Assembly: GCA_964503265.1 (NCBI GenBank)
Contig: CAZCYO010000004.1
Span: forward strand, 3,191-67,190
Direction: 5' to 3'
Origin: an uncultured Gammaproteobacteria bacterium
GTDB lineage: Bacteria > Patescibacteriota > Microgenomatia > Levybacterales > UBA12049
Length of the DNA: 64,000 nt
This document shows, in pieces, positions 45,950-55,255 of the stretch. The translations under genes were made by a program, and so were the position numbers. How positions within the stretch are numbered: position 1 is the stretch's first letter; each line of letters begins with the position of its first letter. Below the pieces are notes generated by a model. The model was not told the DNA's origin and ran no database searches. It worked only from the letters and a program-made list of their open reading frames with translations.

Positions 45950-48900
45950 ATGGAAAACGAAACATCTTATCTAGAGCGCTTACGGTTTGACCCGAAACTT
46001 AACAATTCGTTCATCGCAAACTATTTATTTAATCCTCGCTTAGCATTATTATTTATTTTTGCGATTATCGGAATTGGGATCTATAGTTTTATAAATCTCC
46101 CACGAGTCCTCAATCCTGATATTAAAATCCCTATCGTTATCGTCTCGACTGTTCTTCCTGGAGCAGGTCCAGCAGACGTTGAATCACTTGTTACCATTCC
46201 AATTGAAGACGGGGTGAGTAGTGTTCAGAAAGTAAAAAAAGTTACCTCAACATCTCGCGACTCTGTTTCAGTCGTTCAAATGGAATTTGAATCAGGCGTC
46301 GACCCAGATAAAGCCCGTTCTGATACACAGGCAGCAGTCGATAGTGTGAATAATTTACCAAGTGATGCACTCGCTCCAAAAGTTATCAAACTTGATTTCA
46401 CCAACTCCCCTATCTGGACATTTGCACTGGGAACATCCAACGACACTGGCAGTCTGATGCGCTACGCACGTCAACTTCGCGATAAAATAAAAGATTTAAG
46501 TAGTATTGATTCTGTACAAATTAGTGGACTTGAAGAACAAGAAATCCAAGTTATTATCAAGCCAACTACCGTCACCACATATGGTGTTAATCCACAACAA
46601 ATTGCAGGCAGTATCGCAACAGCACTCAAATCTTTCCCAGCCGGAACCATCTCGACGAGTACCACGACCTTTTCACTGAGTATCGATCAAGCTGCAACAT
46701 CAGTATCAGATCTGCGAAATCTTCAGGTATCACTTGGTGGCGTGATCGTTCCCCTCTCACAAATCGCAGATATTTACACGCACCCAAAACCAGACCAAAA
46801 CCCATCCCTTCTGGCAAGCAAGTCACAAACCGCCAAACAAGTCGTGACCTTTAGTGTATATAAAACTTCAGGAGTTAATATCGGTAAAGCATATGAAGAC
46901 ACAAAAAAACTCATTGATGAAGAACCGGGAATTATCTCAAACCAATTTCATGTCTACTCAGAAGTTAACTCAGCTGAGGAGATCGGTAAACAATTTAACG
47001 ATTTAACGCGTGACTTTTTAATCACCGTTATTCTCGTCTTTTTAGTACTCTTTATTTTCCTCGGTATCAAGCAAGCCATCATCGCCTCACTCGCGATTCC
47101 AGTTACGTTCTTTATCACCTTCTCAGTCATGTATATGACTGGACTTGCACTCAGTTTCATCTCGATGTTTTCACTGTTACTTGCACTTGGACTCCTCGTT
47201 GACGATACGATCGTGGTTGCTAGTGCGATGACATCCTATCATCGAAGTGGCAAATTCACACCAGCTGAGACTGGACTTCTCGTGTGGCGAGATTTCGTCG
47301 TCGCTATTTTCACAACGACCATTACGACAGTCTGGGCATTTTTACCACTCCTCTTATCCAGTGGCATTATCGGTGAATTTATTAAATCAATCCCGATCGT
47401 CGTCTCGACGACCCTTCTGGCGTCATTTGTCGTCGCGATGTTCGTGACACTTCCGTTCGTCGTCATGTTACTCAATGCGAAAATTCCATACCGTGTGACG
47501 ATGTTTTTACGTTATCTTTTGATCGGAATCTTAGTACTCGTACTGTTTTCAGTACTTCCAAAAGGTAATCTCTTTATCTTAGAATTGATCGCTATCGCAG
47601 TCGTCGGATTTATCGCATATCAAATTCGAGATATATTACGTGACCTAGTTCGCCCACAAGTTATGAACGTAAAACGATTTATAAGAGCTCGTTTTGCATC
47701 GCCTGAAAAAAAACGTTCAAATCGTGAATTTAGTGAGTATATAAATAATGGCATTATTCATTTTACTGTCATTAGTGATCGCTATCACAGAATTATTGAT
47801 ACTATTTTACGCTCTGCGCGCCTTCGACGCATGACCCTTGCGGTGGCGATTATTTTCTCACTTTTTTCATATATTTTACTTCCACTTGGATTTGTTAAAA
47901 ATGAATTCTTTCCGAAAAGTGATCAAGATTACGTCTACATGACACTCTCACTTCCAGCTGGAACGAATGTCGATATCGCGCGAGGATTTGCGACACGTAT
48001 CACAAACCAAGTAAGACAAATTGCTGCTGTTTCCTTCGTCACAGCAGATATCGGACAAGCATTTAGTAGTAGTGGTGGAACTGGCAGCAGTGGCGCAAAT
48101 GACATCCTGTTTACGCTCGTTTTGAATAAACCCCGAAACGTAACATCGACAGAACTTGGCCAAATTCTTCGTGACAAATACGGAGATCTTCCAGACGGAA
48201 AAGTAAGTATTACTGAATCAACCGGAGGTCCTCCAGCTGGCAGTGATTTACAGATTAGTATCTTTGGTGATGATTTAACGGTGCTTAGTAACTACGCTGA
48301 TCAGATTCAAACCTACTTAGGTAAACAAGCAGGAGTCGTTAACATCGATAAAAGCATCAAACCCGGCACATCGAAATTAGTTTTTACTCCAGATAAAACA
48401 GCAGTTGCAGATGCGGGTCTGACGACTGATACGATCGGATTTTGGATGAGAATTTTCGCGAGCGGCATTAGTACGAATTCAGTCAAATTCGTCAGCGAAG
48501 GATCAGAGAAACAAGACATCACCATTCGCATGGCAAATAATGCTCAGTCTCCTTCAGAAATCGGTTCATTAACCATCCCAGGCCAAGGACAAAACGGAGT
48601 AGCTCACACACTTTCTTCACTTGGCACACTCAGTCTGAAGAATAATCCGACACTCATTTCTCGTGAGGATGGAAAAAGAACAATTACCGTATCAGCTGGA
48701 GTTACTGCTGGATATTCTATTTCAGATCTTAATAAAAATCTTGAAATATATGCAGATTCACTGAATTTACCATCTGGATATGTATGGAAAACAGGTGGAG
48801 TTAATGAAGAGAATAATAATTCTGTACAGTCAATCTTAGCAGCCATGTTACTCTCATTCTTACTGATTATTGTAACTATGGTTATTCAGTTCTCATCATT

Positions 48901-49339
48901 TAGAAGAGCACTCATCGTAATGCTCGTAATCCCTCTCTCTATCTCCGGTGTGTTTATTATTTTTGCTCTCACAAACACCCCACTTTCCTTCCCAGCCTTG
49001 ATCGGAGTATTAGCACTATTTGGAATCGTAGTTAAAAACGCGATTTTAGTAGTCGATAAAATCATCCAGAATCAGGAGGCTGGACTTCCCTTTATCTCAT
49101 CTATTTCTGATGCTGCTGCAAGTCGACTTGAAGCGATCGCACTCACTTCAGTCGCTACCATCATCGGTCTTCTTCCGATCACGTTCTCAGATCCAGTCTG
49201 GCGCGGACTTGGCGGAGCGATCATCGCAGGACTAACATTCAGTGGAACCATCATGCTTTTCTTTATTCCGGTTGTTTATTATTATTGGTTTAAAAGTGAT
49301 GAAGAAAAAACAGTAACGAAAAGAAATTCTTCAAAATAA
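45950..49339 (+). CDS. RND superfamily efflux permease (AcrB/MMPL-like, 12 TM helices with large periplasmic loops)
   Basis: 1129 aa. Two repeated halves, each with a TM bundle; 'GLALSFISMFSLLLALGLLVDDTIVVA' and the second-half equivalent 'ALIGVLALFGIVVKNAILVVDKI' are typical RND TM4/TM10 regions. Confidence 0.85.
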   Translation: MENETSYLERLRFDPKLNNSFIANYLFNPRLALLFIFAIIGIGIYSFINLPRVLNPDIKIPIVIVSTVLPGAGPADVESLVTIPIEDGVSSVQKVKKVTSTSRDSVSVVQMEFESGVDPDKARSDTQAAVDSVNNLPSDALAPKVIKLDFTNSPIWTFALGTSNDTGSLMRYARQLRDKIKDLSSIDSVQISGLEEQEIQVIIKPTTVTTYGVNPQQIAGSIATALKSFPAGTISTSTTTFSLSIDQAATSVSDLRNLQVSLGGVIVPLSQIADIYTHPKPDQNPSLLASKSQTAKQVVTFSVYKTSGVNIGKAYEDTKKLIDEEPGIISNQFHVYSEVNSAEEIGKQFNDLTRDFLITVILVFLVLFIFLGIKQAIIASLAIPVTFFITFSVMYMTGLALSFISMFSLLLALGLLVDDTIVVASAMTSYHRSGKFTPAETGLLVWRDFVVAIFTTTITTVWAFLPLLLSSGIIGEFIKSIPIVVSTTLLASFVVAMFVTLPFVVMLLNAKIPYRVTMFLRYLLIGILVLVLFSVLPKGNLFILELIAIAVVGFIAYQIRDILRDLVRPQVMNVKRFIRARFASPEKKRSNREFSEYINNGIIHFTVISDRYHRIIDTILRSARLRRMTLAVAIIFSLFSYILLPLGFVKNEFFPKSDQDYVYMTLSLPAGTNVDIARGFATRITNQVRQIAAVSFVTADIGQAFSSSGGTGSSGANDILFTLVLNKPRNVTSTELGQILRDKYGDLPDGKVSITESTGGPPAGSDLQISIFGDDLTVLSNYADQIQTYLGKQAGVVNIDKSIKPGTSKLVFTPDKTAVADAGLTTDTIGFWMRIFASGISTNSVKFVSEGSEKQDITIRMANNAQSPSEIGSLTIPGQGQNGVAHTLSSLGTLSLKNNPTLISREDGKRTITVSAGVTAGYSISDLNKNLEIYADSLNLPSGYVWKTGGVNEENNNSVQSILAAMLLSFLLIIVTMVIQFSSFRRALIVMLVIPLSISGVFIIFALTNTPLSFPALIGVLALFGIVVKNAILVVDKIIQNQEAGLPFISSISDAAASRLEAIALTSVATIIGLLPITFSDPVWRGLGGAIIAGLTFSGTIMLFFIPVVYYYWFKSDEEKTVTKRNSSK

Positions 49340-49359
49340 TAACTCACCTTATTCTTCCT

Positions 49360-50010
49360 ATGGTTGAATCTCCTTTACAACACGCTGACCCTATTGACCG
49401 ACGAACCACTCGTGAATACTGGAATGGCCAACTCCCCGGCGATGTTCGACCAGCAGAAATGATTCAGATTGAAACAGATGTCCTTAAAGCAGCATGGAAT
49501 AAAACGAACGCGCATCTTCATCAGGCAAAAAATGGTGACTCTTTGTCTCGTTTTCCAGAAGGTAATCTATTTGATAGTAACCGATTCCCGAGAGAAACAG
49601 TGGTCAGTTTAGATATTGAATCACTACGTGAAAGTGAAGACTACAGACACGAGAAAAACGTAACATATAATCGGAATCGCTATTGGGGCGCGGTAGTCCC
49701 ACTATCACTTCGAAAATCAGATGCTCCACTCGTAGTTGTCTATTTTCCACAACGCCCGACTCTTCCCGATCCACATGGCTATATGACAGACGTTACACTT
49801 GATCAGGATCGTTTTCGAGTTCTCCCTTCTGAGCACAGAATTGGCGAGATCATGCATGAGGAAGGTGGATTTATTACCGGGGGTTCAATTCATCGAGTAC
49901 GAAGTATCGACGTTCACTCCCTTGGTGAACCACCAGTCAAAAAACGAAAGAGAGAACTGTGGACTCCCCGCATATTCGCTCCTCTTTGGAACCCACTTGG
50001 CAACACCTAA
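49360..50010 (+). CDS. Hypothetical protein (GC-elevated)
   Basis: 216 aa, about 48% GC. No motif recognised. Confidence 0.4.
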   Translation: MVESPLQHADPIDRRTTREYWNGQLPGDVRPAEMIQIETDVLKAAWNKTNAHLHQAKNGDSLSRFPEGNLFDSNRFPRETVVSLDIESLRESEDYRHEKNVTYNRNRYWGAVVPLSLRKSDAPLVVVYFPQRPTLPDPHGYMTDVTLDQDRFRVLPSEHRIGEIMHEEGGFITGGSIHRVRSIDVHSLGEPPVKKRKRELWTPRIFAPLWNPLGNT

Positions 50011-50231
50011 ATAGTATTTTTTTCCTTTTATACCAATCTAATCTCGTACTTTTAGCCTCATCTTATTTTCTTGACAGAGACTTAGACTGTATGTCTTAAT
50101 AATTACAGAGATAATTACGATTCGTAATTATTTATTTACCCTAAGAGCATTGCCTCTCGTATTTGAATTTATTTTCTCTATAACGAAGGTGATGCTCTTT
50201 TATTTTATCTCACATTTTTCTTGCTCGCTTA

Positions 50232-50738
50232 TTGCCCGCTTCTTGCATAACTCTTACGAATGCATGTCATACTTATATTATGGATCAAGTAACTCAAACA
50301 GAAGAAGTAACGACAGTACACAAATCTCATCCGTCAGAGGTCGTTCATACTACGACTAAAATTGTTCCTCCGGTAGTACGGACTGAACATCCCCAGCAAG
50401 TCTATGATAAAAAGAAAGTTATTTTTAGAACTTACCAGGTAGTCTGGTATATTTTAGCCGTGATCGAAATCTTACTTGGCTTTAGGATGACACTTCAGGC
50501 ACTCGGAGCCAATCCGTATAGTGGATTTACTAGTCTTATTTATATTCTCAGTAATCCCTTTGCTCTTCCTTTCAAAGGCATTCTCCAAACCTATGTCTCA
50601 GGGAGTTCTGTATTTGAGTGGTCGACCATCGTCGCAGTTATCGTCTACGCCGTCATCGCCTTTGGCATCGTCCACCTACTCCAACTCGTTAAACCCGTCA
50701 CTCCAGATGAAGTAGTAGGATCCGTCGACAACCCCTAA
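50232..50738 (+). CDS. YggT family membrane protein (putative), possibly starting at the internal Met (MDQVTQ...)
   Basis: The C-terminal 100 aa have two TM helices with a YggT-like pattern (YILAVIEILLGFRMTLQALGANPYSGFTSLIYILSNPFALPF). Confidence 0.45.
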   Translation: MPASCITLTNACHTYIMDQVTQTEEVTTVHKSHPSEVVHTTTKIVPPVVRTEHPQQVYDKKKVIFRTYQVVWYILAVIEILLGFRMTLQALGANPYSGFTSLIYILSNPFALPFKGILQTYVSGSSVFEWSTIVAVIVYAVIAFGIVHLLQLVKPVTPDEVVGSVDNP

Positions 50739-50759
50739 AATAACTTCTTTAAATCTCCT

Positions 50760-51006
50760 CTTTTTCGCAGCTAAATCGTCCGCGTGAACTTTGCGTTAAA
50801 AAAATTGCTGTAATGAGCGTTAAAAAACAGAAAGGCGAAGCCCTATACAAGTAAAGCTGAGTCCGGTGTTTTAGCGAATGAAAGCAATTTTTTAGCAAAG
50901 TGGAACCTAGGACGAGAGCTTTGGTTCTTTGTCGGCACAAAGAACAGAGTAAAAGAATAATAATAGGAATTATCTAATAGATTCTCGATCAAGCCGAGAA
51001 TGACAA
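50760..51006 (+). repeat. Dispersed structured repeat, copy 1 (about 247 nt), ending in a reverse-orientation TGTCAT hairpin
   Basis: Homologous to 62630-62993. Shared 5' block gcagctaaatcgtccg(c/t)gtgaac..tgcgttaaaaaaat...gagcgttaaa, an internal hairpin gttctttg-tcggca-caaagaac, and a 3' hairpin attctcg-atcaagc-cgagaat-gaca. Confidence 0.75.
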
Positions 51007-51029
51007 AACATAATTACCAAACAAAAAAA

Positions 51030-51056
51030 CGCCCGGAACTTCCAGGCGTTTTTTAC
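51030..51056. terminator. Bidirectional rho-independent terminator
   Basis: aaacaaaaaaa, then acgcccgg-aact-tccaggcgt, then tttttt. It serves the minus-strand gene ending at 51077 and any plus-strand transcript. Confidence 0.55.
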
Positions 51057-51076
51057 TATCTAACTCTAAGAACCAC

Positions 51077-51622
51077 TTACTGAGCAGGTGTAGGCGTCAC
51101 ACCCCACTTACCCATATGATTCCCCATTCTTCCTCTCATTCCCATACCAAACCCTGGCATGATAACTGAGGCATCAATTCCCTGTTCGCTCGCCCAAGCT
51201 TTCAGGTCTTTTTGTATATTCTCCATGTTCGTTCGTCGTTGTTCTGGCGTTTGGGTATCAGTTACTGGATACTTCGCGTGAAGTGCAGCTAGTTCTGCGA
51301 TAATCGCAGTTTCCTGTGCTGCAGTTATTTTCTTTTCACTAACGAGCTTATCGAGTCGTACTTTTTCACGATCTTCCATCATTTGCGTAGTCATCGTTGG
51401 ACGTGCTGACGCTTTATGATTTTCTCGATAGTCTTTCACTACTGATTGCACTTGATCATGATTAAGCCCGAATTTCTGTTCAATTGCTTGAATCATACCC
51501 TGGAAAAATCCTGAGTGAGTAGTCGACGTAGTTCCCTGTGCGAATGCTGATGGAACCATAACGATAGAACTCGTTAACACTGCGATAGTCATTACTCCCG
51601 TAGCAATTTTTTGTCTATTCAT
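51077..51622 (-). CDS. Secreted hypothetical protein
   Basis: Signal peptide MNRQKIATGVMTIAVLTSSIVMVPSAFA; 181 aa, helical; Gly/Met-rich C-terminus. Confidence 0.5.
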   Translation of the reverse strand: MNRQKIATGVMTIAVLTSSIVMVPSAFAQGTTSTTHSGFFQGMIQAIEQKFGLNHDQVQSVVKDYRENHKASARPTMTTQMMEDREKVRLDKLVSEKKITAAQETAIIAELAALHAKYPVTDTQTPEQRRTNMENIQKDLKAWASEQGIDASVIMPGFGMGMRGRMGNHMGKWGVTPTPAQ

Positions 51623-52100
51623 ATTTATTTAACACCTCCTCTCATCCCGTGAGTAAAATTAAAAATAGTATTGTCCCATGGAATCTTTGTGATTCCAGGA
51701 TCTTCGGCTTGTTTAAGCCTCGAGATGCCGCATTTCTTCAGAAATGTGGCCCCTTTCAAGTCACGAGCAGTTTACATTACTCGATATTCCTTTCCACACT
51801 ATACTGCCCCATACTTAAAGACCGCTGAAGACGAGCATATACCCACCAGCTGATCTGGCTAAACTAGCTTCAAAATAGACGTTTCAGTGACGCAATTATC
51901 GGTGGAGTTCCTGCAAAAATTAGTACATACCGTACATAGTAACCATTAAATAACTATAAGAATCTAGTAAGAATCGCTCAATAAGTGCTGAGTTCACTGG
52001 TATTCTTTGTTTATATTTGTTATAGTTTTCATTCACTTGCCCAGTTCCTTGTTCTTTCTCCGTTTGGTGAATTTCCCTGGGTTCTATATAGCAGTTATTT

Positions 52101-53690
52101 ATGTTTGATAAAAATCCTATAATTCCATTTGATGAAGAGACGACGAAAAGAGAAGGCCAAGGCTTTCACCACAACGGCATAAAATATATTCATCATACTG
52201 ATTTAGATCACAGTGAAAGTGCCTACTATCGTTTTTCAACCTACCAGATTTATTTCTTAATCGGTGCGACGGTGCTTTTTGTGTTAGCACTCCTTATAAA
52301 TTGGCACGCGACACTCGTCGTTCTGATCTCAGCGCTGACGTTCTTATATTTCGCCGATTTACTCTTTAATTTCTTTTTAATTATCAGAAGTTTTTCTAAA
52401 CCCCCAGAAATTGTGATCTCTAAAGAACGACTCGATGCTGTCACTGATGCAGAGCTTCCAATTTATACGATTCTCTGTCCACTTTATCGCGAGTGGCAGG
52501 TCGTCCCCCAGTTCGTCTCATCGATTAATAATCTTGATTATCCGAAAGATAAACTTGAGGTTATGCTCCTTCTTGAAGAAGATGATGCTGACACGATTAA
52601 AAAAATTAAAGAATATGATTTACCCGATTATATTCAGATCGTCGTCGTTCCAGATTCACTCCCGAAGACCAAACCTAAAGCGTTAAATTATGGATTAAAA
52701 TTAACTCACGGTGAATTCCTCGTGATTTATGATGCAGAAGATGTCCCTGAAAAAGAACAATTAAAAAAATCAGTTCTTGCGTTTCACCAGCTTGATGATC
52801 ATGTCATTTGTATCCAGGCGAAACTTAACTTCTATAATCCCCACCAGAATATCTTAACGAGAGTCTTTACTGCTGAATATTCACTCTGGTTTGATTTAGT
52901 CCTCACAGGTCTCCAGTCAATTAAAGCGCCAATCCCACTAGGTGGTACGTCAAATCATTTTCGAACCAAATATCTTTATGACTTAAAAGGCTGGGATTCA
53001 TTTAATGTAACCGAAGATTGTGATTTAGGGATGCGACTTGTTAAAAGAGGTTTTAAAACAGCAATCATTGACTCAACGACACACGAAGAAGCGAACAGTA
53101 ATTATCTCAATTGGTTTCGTCAGCGTACACGCTGGATTAAAGGGTATATGCAGACCTATTTCGTTCACATGAGAGATCCACGAGAATTCATGCAGAAATG
53201 GCGCGAACCACACGTTATCACCTTTCAACTCGTCGTTGGTGGGAAAATTCTCTCCATGCTGATTAATCCACTCATGTGGGTTATCACCATTTCCTACTTT
53301 GTTTTTCGTCCACAAATTGGGCACTTTATTGAATCGTTTTATTTAACCCCAATTTTCTATATGGGTATCTTCTCACTCACTGTCGGGAACTTTTTATATC
53401 TGTACTACTACGTCATCGGCTGTGCGAAACGCGACTACGATAACATCATTAAATACATGTTCTTAGTGCCACTCTACTGGATCGCGATGAGTGCGGCAGC
53501 ATGGGTCGCGATATATGAAGTGATTAAAAATCCACACTACTGGCCCAAAACCGTCCACGGACTTCACATCGATAATAAAAAAGCCATGACCCAAGCCGCG
53601 AAAGTAATTGGTCGAGAGTTAGTCGACTACCATCCAAAACACAAACCAATCAAGCCAACCGAAATCTTAATCACACCAAGTCACATGTAG
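52101..53690 (+). CDS. Family-2 processive glycosyltransferase (CesA/BcsA/NodC-like polysaccharide synthase) with flanking TM domains
   Basis: GT-A core with 'VIYDAEDVP' (DxD-type), 'TEDCDLG' and a 'QRTRWIKG' (QxxRW) processivity motif. TM helices lie both N- and C-terminal. Confidence 0.8.
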   Translation: MFDKNPIIPFDEETTKREGQGFHHNGIKYIHHTDLDHSESAYYRFSTYQIYFLIGATVLFVLALLINWHATLVVLISALTFLYFADLLFNFFLIIRSFSKPPEIVISKERLDAVTDAELPIYTILCPLYREWQVVPQFVSSINNLDYPKDKLEVMLLLEEDDADTIKKIKEYDLPDYIQIVVVPDSLPKTKPKALNYGLKLTHGEFLVIYDAEDVPEKEQLKKSVLAFHQLDDHVICIQAKLNFYNPHQNILTRVFTAEYSLWFDLVLTGLQSIKAPIPLGGTSNHFRTKYLYDLKGWDSFNVTEDCDLGMRLVKRGFKTAIIDSTTHEEANSNYLNWFRQRTRWIKGYMQTYFVHMRDPREFMQKWREPHVITFQLVVGGKILSMLINPLMWVITISYFVFRPQIGHFIESFYLTPIFYMGIFSLTVGNFLYLYYYVIGCAKRDYDNIIKYMFLVPLYWIAMSAAAWVAIYEVIKNPHYWPKTVHGLHIDNKKAMTQAAKVIGRELVDYHPKHKPIKPTEILITPSHM

Positions 53691-53697
53691 TGATTTG

Positions 53698-53872
53698 TGT
53701 CATCCGCCCAGCGGCGGAGCCAGAAAATACTGTCATTCCGGCTTGTCCGGAATCAAAGTAGAAGTGTCATTCCCTTGAAAAAGGGAATCTATTAGACACA
53801 TCCTTAATAAGGAATTATCCAATAGATCCTCGATCGAGCCGAGGATGACATGTACTTTGGGAGGGAATGACA
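53698..53872. repeat. Cluster of five TGTCAT-headed hairpin repeats (three forward, two reverse)
   Basis: Forward copies: 53698-53718 TGTCATCCGCC-cagc-GGCGGA; 53731-53753 TGTCATTCCGG-cttgt-CCGGAAT; 53765-53788 TGTCATTCCCTT-gaaa-AAGGGAAT. Reverse copies: 53826-53850 atcctcg-atcgagc-cgaggat-GACA, and a degenerate gggagggaATGACA at 53858-53872. Confidence 0.7.
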
Positions 53873-53887
53873 GATTAACGAAAACTT

Positions 53888-55141
53888 ATGAAAAAAGCAT
53901 ATACGTTTGCAAATAGCGGAACCGTTTTACTTGGAGCCATCATGGTGTCAAACATACTTAACTTCGCCTTTAGTGCGCTCATGGGAAGAATTCTCCCGCT
54001 TGAACAGTTCGGCATCTTAACAGTTATTAGTTCGTTTTACTATTTAATCAGCATTTTCTTAAATGCGCTGGGAAATACGGTTAATCATTGGGTGGCATTT
54101 TTATCAAACACTGAAGGAAAACATGCAGGTGACACATTCTTTATGGGACTGCAAAAATCACTTTTGTTCATTGCTGGCATTTCGACACTACTCTGGGTAC
54201 TCGCCAGTCCGGCACTCCAAAACTTCTTTCATTTACCAAGTCTCTATCCGATTATTCTGTTTGCCCCACTCGTCTTCGCAGCGCCATTTTTAGGAGGAAT
54301 AAAAGGATACCTCCAGGGATCATTTTTATTCTTCTTTGCTGGAATAACGATACTGACAGAAGTCCTGTCCAAGCTTTTTTTAACAGTGGTCTTACTATCA
54401 GGACATACCGATCTTATGTACATAACCATCCCTTTTTCAGTTTGTGTCTCAACTATCATCGGATATATATTCCTTAAAAAAAGCGCGCTTACTCTAACAG
54501 ATCACTCATATAAATTTCCCAGGTCTTTTTTCCTTTTCTCAACACTCAATGCGATTATTTCAACCACGTTTTTATCAGTAGATGTAGTTTTAGTGAAACA
54601 CTTTTTATCAGGCGCACAGGCTGGCCAATATGCGTTACTTGCGATCACTGGGAAAATGGTGTATTTCTTTGGTTCACTCGGTAATGCGCTTCTGGTCAGT
54701 TACATTAGTCGGGATGAAGCGAAGCATAAAAACGTCCAGAAACCATTCGTTATATTCGTCAGTGCGACAGCTGCACTCTCTGCTTTCATGTTTATCATTC
54801 TTGGACCACTAGGGTTTATCACTCTTCCCATTTTACTTGGCGAGAAAATTATTCCCCTTCTTCCCTACCTCACTAATTATATTCTCGCCATCGTTTTCCT
54901 AACCATCGCAAATGTCATTATCAGCTTCCACATCACACTACACAATTACATTTTCTCCGTCATCGCGATTGCAGCGACGCTTGGGATGATACTCGGGATT
55001 ATGTATCTCCATAACAGCATTACAGACATCGTAAATATTTTATTACTAGTAACCTTCATCAGTCTAGTAAGCTGCTTCGCCCTGCATTTCTTATATTCAT
55101 CCCAGAAAATCACACCAAAAAAGATTTATATGAGTGTGTAA
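53888..55141 (+). CDS. Oligosaccharide/polysaccharide flippase (Wzx-like, MOP superfamily)
   Basis: 417 aa with about 12 TM helices. The N-terminus is of the 'polysacc_synt' type (GTVLLGAIMVSNILNFAFSALMGRIL). Confidence 0.65.
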   Translation: MKKAYTFANSGTVLLGAIMVSNILNFAFSALMGRILPLEQFGILTVISSFYYLISIFLNALGNTVNHWVAFLSNTEGKHAGDTFFMGLQKSLLFIAGISTLLWVLASPALQNFFHLPSLYPIILFAPLVFAAPFLGGIKGYLQGSFLFFFAGITILTEVLSKLFLTVVLLSGHTDLMYITIPFSVCVSTIIGYIFLKKSALTLTDHSYKFPRSFFLFSTLNAIISTTFLSVDVVLVKHFLSGAQAGQYALLAITGKMVYFFGSLGNALLVSYISRDEAKHKNVQKPFVIFVSATAALSAFMFIILGPLGFITLPILLGEKIIPLLPYLTNYILAIVFLTIANVIISFHITLHNYIFSVIAIAATLGMILGIMYLHNSITDIVNILLLVTFISLVSCFALHFLYSSQKITPKKIYMSV

Positions 55142-55147
55142 CCAACT

Positions 55148-55241
55148 TGTCATCCTGAACTTGGATTCAGGATCCAGATAATTGTCATTCCTGCGAAGTC
55201 AGGAATCTATACAAAATGATTCCGGTCAAGCCGGAATGACA
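55148..55241. repeat. Cluster of three TGTCAT-headed hairpin repeats (two forward, one reverse)
   Basis: 55148-55173 TGTCATCCTGAA-cttgga-TTCAGGAT; 55183-55206 TGTCATTCCTG-cgaagt-CAGGAAT; 55219-55241 attccgg-tcaag-ccggaat-GACA. Confidence 0.7.
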
Positions 55242-55255
55242 GAACAAATAATACT

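Noticed and set aside
50749-50940. Minus-strand ORFs inside the dispersed structured repeat (50749-50940; 62645-62929; 62695-62898)
   Set aside because: The two homologous DNA copies give completely different and differently sized translations. The conserved unit is the nucleotide sequence and structure, not a protein.
51630-52100. The 470-nt leader upstream of the polysaccharide synthase as a c-di-GMP or other riboswitch
   Set aside because: I could not recognise GEMM-I/II or other riboswitch consensus blocks by eye. It is left as a suggestion for an Rfam scan, not called as a feature.
53698-55241. Possibility that the hairpin clusters are a CRISPR array
   Set aside because: The units differ in stem sequence and length and occur in both orientations. 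They are separated by irregular, very short spacers of 5-35 nt. No cas genes are nearby. The organisation is BIME-like, not CRISPR-like.
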